Origin: Minisyncoccota bacterium
GTDB taxonomy: Bacteria > Patescibacteriota > Minisyncoccia > Phycocordibacterales > UBA918
Length of the DNA: 64,000 nt
Assembly (NCBI GenBank): GCA_041389005.1
Contig: JAWKSR010000001.1
Location: 38,465 to 102,464 of the forward strand
Direction: 5' to 3'
The notes under the pieces are model-generated. The model had not been told where the DNA came from. It saw nothing but the letters and a program-made list of their open reading frames with translations, and did not search any database. This document shows, piece after piece, positions 1-8,253 of this stretch. Each line of letters starts with the position of its first letter. The first letter of the stretch is position 1. Position numbers and translations under genes: made by a program.

Positions 1-1023
1 CACACTCTACCGAGATATTTCCGCTCGCGTGATGAAATTGCTGCGGGAGACAGTAGGTAATGTTGAGCAGTATTCAATTGACGAAGCATTTTTCTATTTG
101 CCAGAATCTAGCGGTGTACTTGAGGAAGTACAGACGCTTAAACATTTGATAGAGCAACAAATCGGTGTGCCGGTGGCGATTGGAGTTGGTAAGACAAAGA
201 CTATTGCTAAGTATGCCTGTGATCTGAAAAAACGACAGGAAGGAGTAGCTATTCTGGTGGGAGAATCATGGCAACAAGAAGCGAAGCAGATACCAATGAC
301 GGTAGTCTGGGGAGTTGGCGCTCGCACTAGTGAAAAATTACGTCAGCATGACATTAAGACCGTGGCAGATTTTTTAGCGGCTGATCCCGCTCGGGTGGCA
401 CAATTGTTTGGTGTATATGGCGAACGGTTGCGTGCAGAGCTCAATGAGATACCTGCTCATCACCATGCACTCAAAGAGACGAAGCAACAAAGCATCATGA
501 GTACTCGTTCTTTCAAAGCCATCATTTCTAAACGTTCTGAATTGGAAGTAGCTGTGGCGTACCACGTTGAACAAGTTGGCAGGGAATTACGGAACAAGGA
601 TTTACACACAAAGCGCATACGAGTACTACTTGAGACGAGTAGACATGGTGATTGGATGCTACAGGAGGCGCCCAGAAGCGAGCCTGCCAGCCCCAACTGC
701 GGACACGCGGGTATGCTACTCAAAACTGCCTGTATGTAGTAGATGCCCTTTATGATACAGAGGTACCTTACAAAAAGGTCGGAATAATTGTTTCTGATCT
801 TACTGCCACGACGGGACAGACCATGACACTTTTCACCCCGACTGAGACAGGAAAGAACAGTACCCTTATGGACGTCATTGATGGTGTAAATAAAAAACTT
901 GGGCGCAATACTATTACGATTGGTCGGACGAACAGTCAAGGAGGTTCTTTTAGCAAACGAGAATTTTCTTCGCCTCAATACACAACGCGGTGGAATGATA
1001 TTGCGGATGTAAAAGCCAGGTGA
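1..1023 (+). pseudogene. Y-family DNA polymerase (UmuC/DinB-like); 5' end outside window; frame broken around 650-740
   Basis: Frame open from base 2: YRDISARVMKLLRETVGNVEQYSIDEAFF (SIDEAF motif), VAIGVGKTKTIAKYA, VWGVGARTSEKL. Continues in ORF 652-1023 (YKKVGIIVSDL ... SPQYTTRWNDIADVKA). A third frame (567-755) carries the expected LPAPTADTR segment, so there are at least two frame changes. Confidence 0.8.
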
Positions 1024-1362
1024 GTATCAAGGTCAGAAAGGACACGTGGATACGATGTCTTACATAATTGTTTTTCTAAAGATTTTTTACTCCGATTGAA
1101 AATACCACACTTTTTAGCTTAATAAAAAAGTCACATATGAAAAAGTTATCAACATTGACCGGCATTTAGGTATTTTAAAACGTTATAATAAGGACAGACG
1201 ATTGACATAGATTAAAGACAAGTTGTGGAAAAGTGGCTGACCATTTTTGTAACCCACACCTTATCTTCTCCACACATCTTGATCAATCGGCGTAGTCACT
1301 CCACGTACAACATATGTAGAGCGACTAAATAGTTATTTAGTAATTTAATAACACAACAGAAC

Positions 1363-2496
1363 ATGTTCGTATTATCACGACAAGGTACTGCGGTGTCTCA
1401 GGCAGTCGCGATGCTTGTTACATCAGCTCTTGTAGTGTGGACCTTCAGTGTCTACACATTTGCCCAAGCGGCAAACGTTACCGATGTAAGTGACACGTTA
1501 AGTGACTCTGACATCAGTGCCGTATCAGATCACACGATTGCTTTCACTGTCCCAACCGGCTCAGCTGGTGTTGAGGCAGGAGAAACGATCACGGTGACCT
1601 TCCCAGCTGGATTCAACATGGGGTCAGTAGCTTTTGGCGACGTTGACCTCGAAGTTAATACTGTTGATGAGACTCTCGCCGGTACTCCATCTGGAGCAAC
1701 CTGGGGAGCAGCTGTAGCAGGTCAAGTCCTTACCATCACCAGTGGTAGTGCCACAATCGACGCAGATGATGACGTGGTCATTAAAATTGGTACCAACGCA
1801 GACGGTGGTACAAACCAGATCACTAACCCAGGATCAGGTGGTTCCTACGAAATTGATATCACCTCGGGGACAGGAGCAAACGGTGACGCAGGTCACACAC
1901 GTGTCGCAATTCTTGATAACGTAGATGTAACCGCTCAAGTGGATACAACCTTTGACTTTGTGGTCTCAGGTGTCAACACCATCGGAGCATCAGTTAATGG
2001 TACATCTACCTCGGCTACATCTTCAGCTACAGAGATTCCATTTGGAACGCTTTCAGCTGGAGTGGTTGAAACAATTGCGCAACGGCTTAACGTAACAACT
2101 AACGCAATCGGTGGATTCGTCGTTACTGTTGAACAAGACCAAAACCTACTTTCATCTACTGGTGCTGATATCGATGGTTTCATCGATGGTGCATACACCA
2201 ACACACCAGCAGCATGGCAAGCTCCAGGTAACAACATTAGTGATGAAGATACATGGGGTCACTGGGGTCTTACTTCAGAAGACTCTGACCTTAACACTGA
2301 TGAGTTTGGCAGCGACTTATGGGTGGCGGCCAGTACGACACCGCGAGAGATTTTCTCTCATGACGGTCCGTCAGATGGAACAACTGATGACGTTGGTTCA
2401 ACAACTGTTGGATACCAAATTGAAATCAGTCCATTGCAGGAAGCGGCTGACGACTACAGTACAACCCTTACATACATCGCGACTCCGACCTTCTAG
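1363..2496 (+). CDS. secreted fibre/surface protein with WxL-like C-terminal domain (function unproven)
   Basis: Intact 377-aa ORF. Signal-like hydrophobic N-terminus ends in FAQA. Cys-free and T/S/G/D-rich. The C-terminal ~190 aa from VDTTFDFVVSGV contains GHWGLTS and ends DDYSTTLTYIATPTF, resembling the two WxL-domain motifs. Paralog at 40612-41749. Strong hairpin directly downstream. Confidence 0.8.
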   Translation: MFVLSRQGTAVSQAVAMLVTSALVVWTFSVYTFAQAANVTDVSDTLSDSDISAVSDHTIAFTVPTGSAGVEAGETITVTFPAGFNMGSVAFGDVDLEVNTVDETLAGTPSGATWGAAVAGQVLTITSGSATIDADDDVVIKIGTNADGGTNQITNPGSGGSYEIDITSGTGANGDAGHTRVAILDNVDVTAQVDTTFDFVVSGVNTIGASVNGTSTSATSSATEIPFGTLSAGVVETIAQRLNVTTNAIGGFVVTVEQDQNLLSSTGADIDGFIDGAYTNTPAAWQAPGNNISDEDTWGHWGLTSEDSDLNTDEFGSDLWVAASTTPREIFSHDGPSDGTTDDVGSTTVGYQIEISPLQEAADDYSTTLTYIATPTF

Positions 2497-2505
2497 TCAA
2501 GTTTC

Positions 2506-2552
2506 GTGTATATAACAAAAAACCTCCGTATGGAGGTTTTTGTTATATACAC
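2506..2552 (+). terminator. long stem-loop (~21 bp, one bulge, loop GTAT) 10 nt after the stop codon
   Basis: GTGTATATAACAAAAAACCTCC-GTAT-GGAGGTTTTTGTTATATACAC read directly from the sequence. Confidence 0.7.
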
Positions 2553-2584
2553 AGTACTAATCTTTAAAGAGCTGATACGGTAAA

Positions 2585-3672
2585 ATGTATGGCATGTTCA
2601 CATTCATACTTTCATTTCGACATTGGCTGGTAGCGTTGTTGTTGTTGGGTGCATGTTTTCCGTACGCGACATACGCAGGAATCTGCGGGGGCAGGATTGG
2701 CACCAACTAACATTGACCCAGGGAGAATTGTGGATCCTGGTGAACAACTACAAGAAGTAATCAGAGTTACAAATCTGAGCGACCGAGAGGAAACATATTA
2801 CCTTTCAGTGCGTGACATTAGTGGTGTTCGGGACAATGGCACTCCAATTTACGCTAAGGAGAATACCGAGCAAACAGGTTTTGAATTATCCGAGTGGGTT
2901 ACTCTTGAGTCCGGTGAGCTAACCCTGGCTTCAGGTGAGGAGCGGGCGGTGGGTGTCATTGTAAACATCCCGGAAAATGCCACACCGGGCAGTCACTTTG
3001 GTGGTATCTTTGTCTCAGCCGTGCCGCCGGAACCTACGACTGTGGGAGCTGGAGTTGGTTTTGAGGTTGCTAACATAGTCCACATACGGATTGCTGGAGA
3101 TGTGGTGGAAAGCGCTCAGATACGTACCTTCGCCACGGACCAACTCTTTTACAGTACACCAGAAGTTGAGTTTTCTGCCCGCGTAGAAAATAAAGGCAAT
3201 GTGCTCGTGCGGCCCTATGGTCCCTTAGAGGTCTACAACATGCTCGGCAATCGCGTATACTCAGAGACATTCAATGAAAATCTTGGCGGGGTATTCCCAG
3301 GTACTATTCGTGATTTTAAATTTATGTGGAGTGACTGATAATTCATTAAGATTTGGACGGTATGAAGCTCGACTAAGTCTTGTTTATGGTCAAGAAGGAG
3401 TGGGACAGTCAACCATGAGCAGCGAGACCTCATTTTGGGTACTACCTTTGGAGATTATAAAACCAGCTGCTATTACACTCGGAGTGTTGTTGCTTGGTAT
3501 TTATATCTTTATACGATTGTATGTGCGGCGTAAAATGTATACCGTCACCCGGGGTAGACGAATCGTTCGCCGACCAGCCCGCCGCGGTACCTCAACGTTT
3601 CTCATTGTGTCAGTAGTGATGCTTAGTGTTGCGGCAGTATTCCTCCTCATATTGTTGCTTCTCTTTGCTTAG
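2585..3672 (+). pseudogene. membrane-anchored two-domain surface protein, WxL-interacting-protein-like (DUF916/DUF3324-type architecture); two frame breaks
   Basis: ATG 2585 gives signal peptide MYGMFTFILSFRHWLVALLLLGACFPYATYA. Body lies in ORF 2649-3338 (PENATPGSHFGGIFV; RVENKGNVLVRPYG). Tail lies in ORF 3274-3672 (GRYEARLSLVYG, TM AAITLGVLLLGIYIFIRLYV, R-rich end). Breaks are near 2680 and 3330 (TGG AGT G ACT). Paralogs at 38036, 54529 and 55421. Confidence 0.7.
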
Positions 3673-3714
3673 CTCTGTCAGGAGAACTCGTGTTAGCATA
3701 TATTCTATAGAGTT

Positions 3715-4140
3715 ATGCGATCAGTGTCTTTGTATCACCGATGTTTGCGTGTTGCCGGAGTTATTTTAGCGGTCGTCTTACTGTTTGACAGTGGGTTACT
3801 TATCCCGGTTACACGTGAGCTCTCGGATCAAACTGGCAAACATGTTGCTTCGGTAATCGGTGTTGGTGCAGCAGTGGAACCAACTGAACTTAACACGCTC
3901 ACAGCAGAACTTACTAAACAAAAGCAAGCACTCGATAAGCGAGAGGCCGCTTTGTCAGAACGAGAGATTGCTGTCGGTCTGTCATCTGATGTAAGTCCAG
4001 CCAACCAATCAGGTTTTTCCACCTATATTCTAAGCGCACTATTGTTTGTGATTGTGTTGTTACTGATTCTTAATTACGTAATGGATTTTTTGCGCGAACA
4101 GCATTTACGTGCTTTAGCGCAACCTCAATCAGTACGTTAG
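3715..4140 (+). CDS. small membrane protein with two TM segments flanking a coiled-coil (hypothetical)
   Basis: Intact 141-aa ORF. TM VAGVILAVVLLFDSGLLIPV, heptad-like LNTLTAELTKQKQALDKREAALSEREIA, TM ILSALLFVIVLLLILNYVMDF. Confidence 0.65.
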   Translation: MRSVSLYHRCLRVAGVILAVVLLFDSGLLIPVTRELSDQTGKHVASVIGVGAAVEPTELNTLTAELTKQKQALDKREAALSEREIAVGLSSDVSPANQSGFSTYILSALLFVIVLLLILNYVMDFLREQHLRALAQPQSVR

Positions 4141-4192
4141 TTGTGTACAGGAACCTCAAGGAGTAAATACAACACGGTACAATACTATTATT

Positions 4193-6076
4193 ATGAGACA
4201 GAGCTGGTTTTACGGGCTGTCAGTATTTTTGTTCGCTGCTGGAGTTTTTTGGCAGGTGGCTTCTTTGGGTACCGTAGAAGCACGTAACGCGCTCTTTTAT
4301 AGCGATACCATCTCAGATTCTAAGCCGGGTGCCTATAGTAATCACACCCTCACTTTTGAACTTGGCACTGATATTGCGGCTGGTGGTTACCTTGAATTCA
4401 CTATGCCCAACCAGTTTGCCATTCTAGCTACTTCAACCTTTGGCATTCGTAATGTGGAAATGTTAGTCAACGGAACACCACGTAGCGCCGCGGGTACGTT
4501 AAGCGCAGTAAATGATCAAGTGCTTATTACTACCGGCAGTCCGGGAGTGATCCGCTACAATTTGAATACATCTACCGGTTTAAGTTCTGGTGATGAAGTG
4601 GAATTTAGAATTGGTAACCATACCAGCAATGCATATGAGCCGTCTGTTATCTTTAGCACCAGTACGGGAACTACTACAGTCTATGCTGATATTGGTGTGC
4701 AAAATGCGTCCAGTACCGGATTACATAAAGTGGCAATGCGTACCGGCGGTGGCACTGAACCAGTGTATGCAGACTTTGTAATCTTTCTCGTTGCTGGCGT
4801 TGGTATCGCTAATGTTGATACTACAGAGGAGATACCGCCGGTACGCTTTAATGCCGCACCAACCGGCACGATTAGTGGAACAGCTCAGATTGTCGAACTC
4901 TCAATTGAGACTGACGAGTTGGCAAACTGTCGTATTGGCACTACACCGGGAGTGGCGTATGCCAGCATGAGCAACTCTTTCGATACCACCGGTCAACTTG
5001 TTCATACCGAGCTTGTTACGGTCACTAATGACACCAGCTATACATTTTACGTACGATGTGTTGACGATGAAGGGAACTACAACATTGATGACTTCTCATT
5101 CACATTCTCAGTACCAAGCGAACCAACTGGTGAACCAGACCCCGATGCGGAGGAAGAAGGTAATGGCGAAGGTACCGGCGGAGATGGCGGTAGCTCTGGC
5201 AGCGGGGAAAATTCAAACAGCGGCAGCGGCAGTGGTTCCTCTGGGAGTAGCGGAGGTGGCGGCGGAGGCGGAGGTGGCGGGGGTGGTTCTGGCGCCGATT
5301 CCGGAGATGATGAGGGAGGTGGCTTTAGCAACGCAGGACCCTACGAAAGTGGCGATGCACAAGTAATTCTCAGTGGGTATGCCTACCCTGGTAGTAAAGT
5401 GATTGTTTTAGTTGATGGTTACCAGTCTGAAACTGCTACCGCAAGAAGCGATGGGCAGTTCACTGCTACTATTGATGAGATCGCGCGTGGTACGTATACC
5501 TTTGGTGTGTATGCAGTTGATGATGATCAGACTAAGTCCACTACGTACAGCACAACTCTGGCGGTACAGGGGGCACGAACTTCTAACATTTCAAACATAC
5601 ATTTAACACCATCTATCTCAGTCCCAGAAGACCCGGTGACTCCTGGGCAGACTGTTGTGATTTCTGGTTATACACTACCGAATGCTGAAGTGACAGTAGA
5701 ACATCAAAAAGACAAATCAAATATTTCACTCAAGACCTATACCACTACCTCAGCTAATGATGGAGCTTGGTCTTTGACTATTGATTCAGGTTCATTTAGT
5801 AACGGTACGTATAAGGTACGTGCCAAAGCTGAGCAAAGCGGCGGAGCCAGTACTGATTTTTCTGGATACGTGGCATACGGTGTTGGGCAAGCAGCAGAGA
5901 GTGCTGGTGGGGCAGACCTTAACGGTGACGGAAGCATGAATCTAATTGACTTCTCTATTTTGTTGTTTTGGTGGAACAGTGATGGCGGCGACTCAGACCC
6001 CTCAGCTGATATCAATGGTGATGGGAGAGTCTCTCTGACTGATTTCTCAATCCTCCTTTTTAACTGGACTGGTTGA
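4193..6076 (+). CDS. secreted protein: fibre-like N-domain, Gly/Ser-rich linker, two Ig-like units, C-terminal dockerin-like pair
   Basis: Intact 627-aa ORF with signal peptide. SDTISDSKPGAYSNHTLTFELG parallels the N-domain of 1363. G/S/E low-complexity stretch at ~5150-5330 includes G14. Two Ig-like repeats (VILSGYAYPGSKVIVLVDG.., VVISGYTLPNAEVTVE..). From 5915: DLNGDGSMNLIDFSILLFWW .. DINGDGRVSLTDFSILLFNWTG, two D.N.DG.....D Ca-loop plus helix segments as in type I dockerins. Confidence 0.8.
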   Translation: MRQSWFYGLSVFLFAAGVFWQVASLGTVEARNALFYSDTISDSKPGAYSNHTLTFELGTDIAAGGYLEFTMPNQFAILATSTFGIRNVEMLVNGTPRSAAGTLSAVNDQVLITTGSPGVIRYNLNTSTGLSSGDEVEFRIGNHTSNAYEPSVIFSTSTGTTTVYADIGVQNASSTGLHKVAMRTGGGTEPVYADFVIFLVAGVGIANVDTTEEIPPVRFNAAPTGTISGTAQIVELSIETDELANCRIGTTPGVAYASMSNSFDTTGQLVHTELVTVTNDTSYTFYVRCVDDEGNYNIDDFSFTFSVPSEPTGEPDPDAEEEGNGEGTGGDGGSSGSGENSNSGSGSGSSGSSGGGGGGGGGGGGSGADSGDDEGGGFSNAGPYESGDAQVILSGYAYPGSKVIVLVDGYQSETATARSDGQFTATIDEIARGTYTFGVYAVDDDQTKSTTYSTTLAVQGARTSNISNIHLTPSISVPEDPVTPGQTVVISGYTLPNAEVTVEHQKDKSNISLKTYTTTSANDGAWSLTIDSGSFSNGTYKVRAKAEQSGGASTDFSGYVAYGVGQAAESAGGADLNGDGSMNLIDFSILLFWWNSDGGDSDPSADINGDGRVSLTDFSILLFNWTG

Positions 6077-6130
6077 TGTTGGGGAAAAAGCGTGCGTTTT
6101 TGCAAAGGTACTCACGTACAATAATGGTGT

Positions 6131-6595
6131 ATGTCCTTTTTGCAACGACTAAAAGGTCGAGGGGTGCGATCAGATCAAAAGCTCCTCTCAAGTGATGAGG
6201 AGACCGCTATTGATAAAGTGGTGCAACTTGATGTTGATGTGTATCAGACTGATGATCTGATTGTTGTCTATGCACAAGCCGCCGGGACCGAATTGTCGGA
6301 CATCAATGTGTCTATTGAGGGGGATGCTGATATCGTACTTATCGAAGGACGACGTCTGCGCCCGGAGTTCTTAGCGTTTCCTAAGAAGAAAATGGCTGGT
6401 GCGTTTGTGAGCGAAGAGTGTATTGGGGAGTAGTTTTACCGCCGTATCATCTTGCCAGATAGCATTGATATCGATCAAGCAGATGCCAAAATTAAAAATG
6501 GTGTTTTGGTTCTCACATTGCCATTGATGCGCCCGGAGGAAAAGCAGAAGGTCAAGCTTAAAATAAAAAAAGCTAACCAACGCAAGCGGATGTAG
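6131..6595 (+). pseudogene. Hsp20/alpha-crystallin family small heat-shock protein with in-frame TAG at 6431-6433
   Basis: VVQLDVDVYQTDDLIVVYAQAAG..NVSIEGD..LIEGRR, then SEECIGE*FYRRIILPDSIDIDQADAKIKNGVLVLTLP in the same frame. The F.R...LP and NGVL.L.LP motifs are Hsp20 hallmarks. Confidence 0.75.
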
Positions 6596-6610
6596 TATAG
6601 TACTAAATAC

Positions 6611-8132
6611 ATGTTCCTTATGAATGTTCTTTTTCAATCCAACATACAAATTAAATTTTTTATACTTGCCAGTTTCTTTGCTGCATTGGGATGTGTGCCA
6701 TTTCTTGCTCAGGCAGCAGATGTCTTCTTAACCCCAGCAACTGGTTCATACGCTGCCAATCAAACGTTTACGGTCACTGTAATGGCTGATCCAAAAGGAG
6801 ATAGCATTAACGCTGTTGAAGCAGAAATGTCTTTTGATACTAGCGCTCTTTCCGTGGTAAGTGTTTCTAAGACTGGTTCCGCCTTTTCACTCTGGACTAC
6901 TGAACCGACGTTCTCCAACACTGCTGGTACGATTGCCTTTGGAGGAGGAAGTCCGACACCATTTTCTAATCGATCAACACTGGTAAGTATTACTTTTCGA
7001 GCAAAAACTGAAGGAGCGGGAGCCGTTGGCTTTACCAACGCTTCGGCTTTGGCAGCGGATGGACAGGGGACAGATGTCTTAGAGTCTTCACCGGGAGCAA
7101 ACTATACTGTGACCGCTGCTACTACCCCAGTTACACCAACCGAAACTCCGAATCAAAATCCGGCACAAACTGCTGATTCAGATGCCGCAATTGCATTTGG
7201 TGATCCGCCACGAGCGCCAGAGGTCGGTTCTCAAACCTTCCTTGATCCTGATTTGTGGTACAACACCGTAGAAGGTATTTTCACCTGGCAATTGCCGTTT
7301 GATGTCAGTGCGGTTGCGGTAGAGATAGCCACTTCTTCAGAGAATGAGCCGAGTGAAGTCTTTGATCCGCCAGTGGAAGAGTTTGAACTTTCCCGTAGAA
7401 ATGCCATTGACGGTGTTCAGTATTTGAGTATTCAATTTAAGAATCAGGTTGGTTGGGGCGCAATTACTAATCGCGTTATTAAAATCGACACCACTCCTCC
7501 AGAAGCCTTCAAGATTGCTGTCCAAGCTTCTAATAGCCAACATGGCTTCCCACTCGTCACTTTCGATGCACAGGATGCCGTTTCAGGAATCGCCCGTTAC
7601 GAACTCTTTGTAGCAGATCGCGAGCCAGTGGAGATTACACCAGAAGAAGCAAAGCTCGGGTATCTGTTGGGTGAACTCGAGGACGGTACCTACACCGTCA
7701 AGGTTATAGCGTACGACTTAGCAGGGAACGCCACAGAAAGTACAACGCCGGTTTTGATTACTGCTGGTTGGAGTAAGGAGGTCGCGTCTGAAGAAGGTGC
7801 CTCATTCTGGTCATTGTTCACTCCAATCAATCTCCTCGTCGCTCTACTGTTTGTAATTGTTCTCTTACTCCTTGGCTACATCTTCTACCAACGACGACTA
7901 CATACTCAAGAGGAAGAAAAGTTGCGAAAAGAAACGAGAGAAATTCAAGATCAAATGGAGAAAATTTTCTCAGCTCTGCGTGATGAAATTTATGATCAAG
8001 TTCGCACTATTACCAAGCGCCCACGACTATCTAAAAGGAAAAAAAGCAGTGGAAGGACTGAATCAAGCCCTGGAGGTCTCAGAGACCTTGATTGAGAAAG
8101 AAATCAATGATGTAAAGAAGATTCTGAAGTAA
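6611..8132 (+). pseudogene. membrane-anchored cohesin-like domain protein (one frame break near A-runs 8033-8045)
   Basis: Signal peptide ends in AQA. Cohesin-like domain: DVFLTPATGSYAANQTFTVTVMADPKGDSINAVEAEMSFDTSALSVVSVSKTGSAFSLWTTEPTFSNTAGTIAFGGG..ITFRAKTEGAG. Ig-like region, TM LLVALLFVIVLLLLGYIF, charged coiled tail that continues in ORF 7857-8132 (KKAVEGLNQALEVSETLIEKEINDVKKILK). Paralog at 42970-44708. Confidence 0.7.
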
Positions 8133-8164
8133 AATTTGTCCTCAATCCACATATTTAAAGAGTC

Positions 8165-8195
8165 TATAACGCGCCCAGTAAAAGGGCGCGTTATA
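8165..8195 (+). terminator. 12-bp perfect stem-loop after the cohesin-like gene
   Basis: TATAACGCGCCC-AGTAAAA-GGGCGCGTTATA. No clear U-run follows. Confidence 0.5.
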
Positions 8196-8253
8196 CTTAT
8201 AATAACCCCGTTTTCTAACAGATTTTGGGGGAATGTAGAACGTGTTCGCATAA

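Noticed and set aside
1096-1124. TTGAAA-N17-TTAATA promoter-like match ~240 nt upstream of the fibre gene.
   Set aside because: It sits in a very AT-rich spacer where such matches are expected by chance, it is far from the start codon, and nothing else supports it.
5150-5330. G-rich short tandem repeats (5150-5330, 39309-39341) considered as CRISPR-like or contingency loci.
   Set aside because: They are in-frame Gly/Ser linker codons with a 9-bp unit, no spacer architecture and no cas genes. Length changes would keep the frame, so there is no on/off switching.
6431-6433. Stop-codon reassignment (TAG or TGA read as sense, for example genetic code 25 as in some CPR lineages) as the explanation for the interrupted genes.
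   Set aside because: Nearly all interruptions need a change of frame rather than read-through. TGA (6074-6076), TAG (2494-2496, 55531-55533) and TAA (31571-31573, 34635-34637) all end well-supported genes at positions followed by hairpins or by the next start codon.
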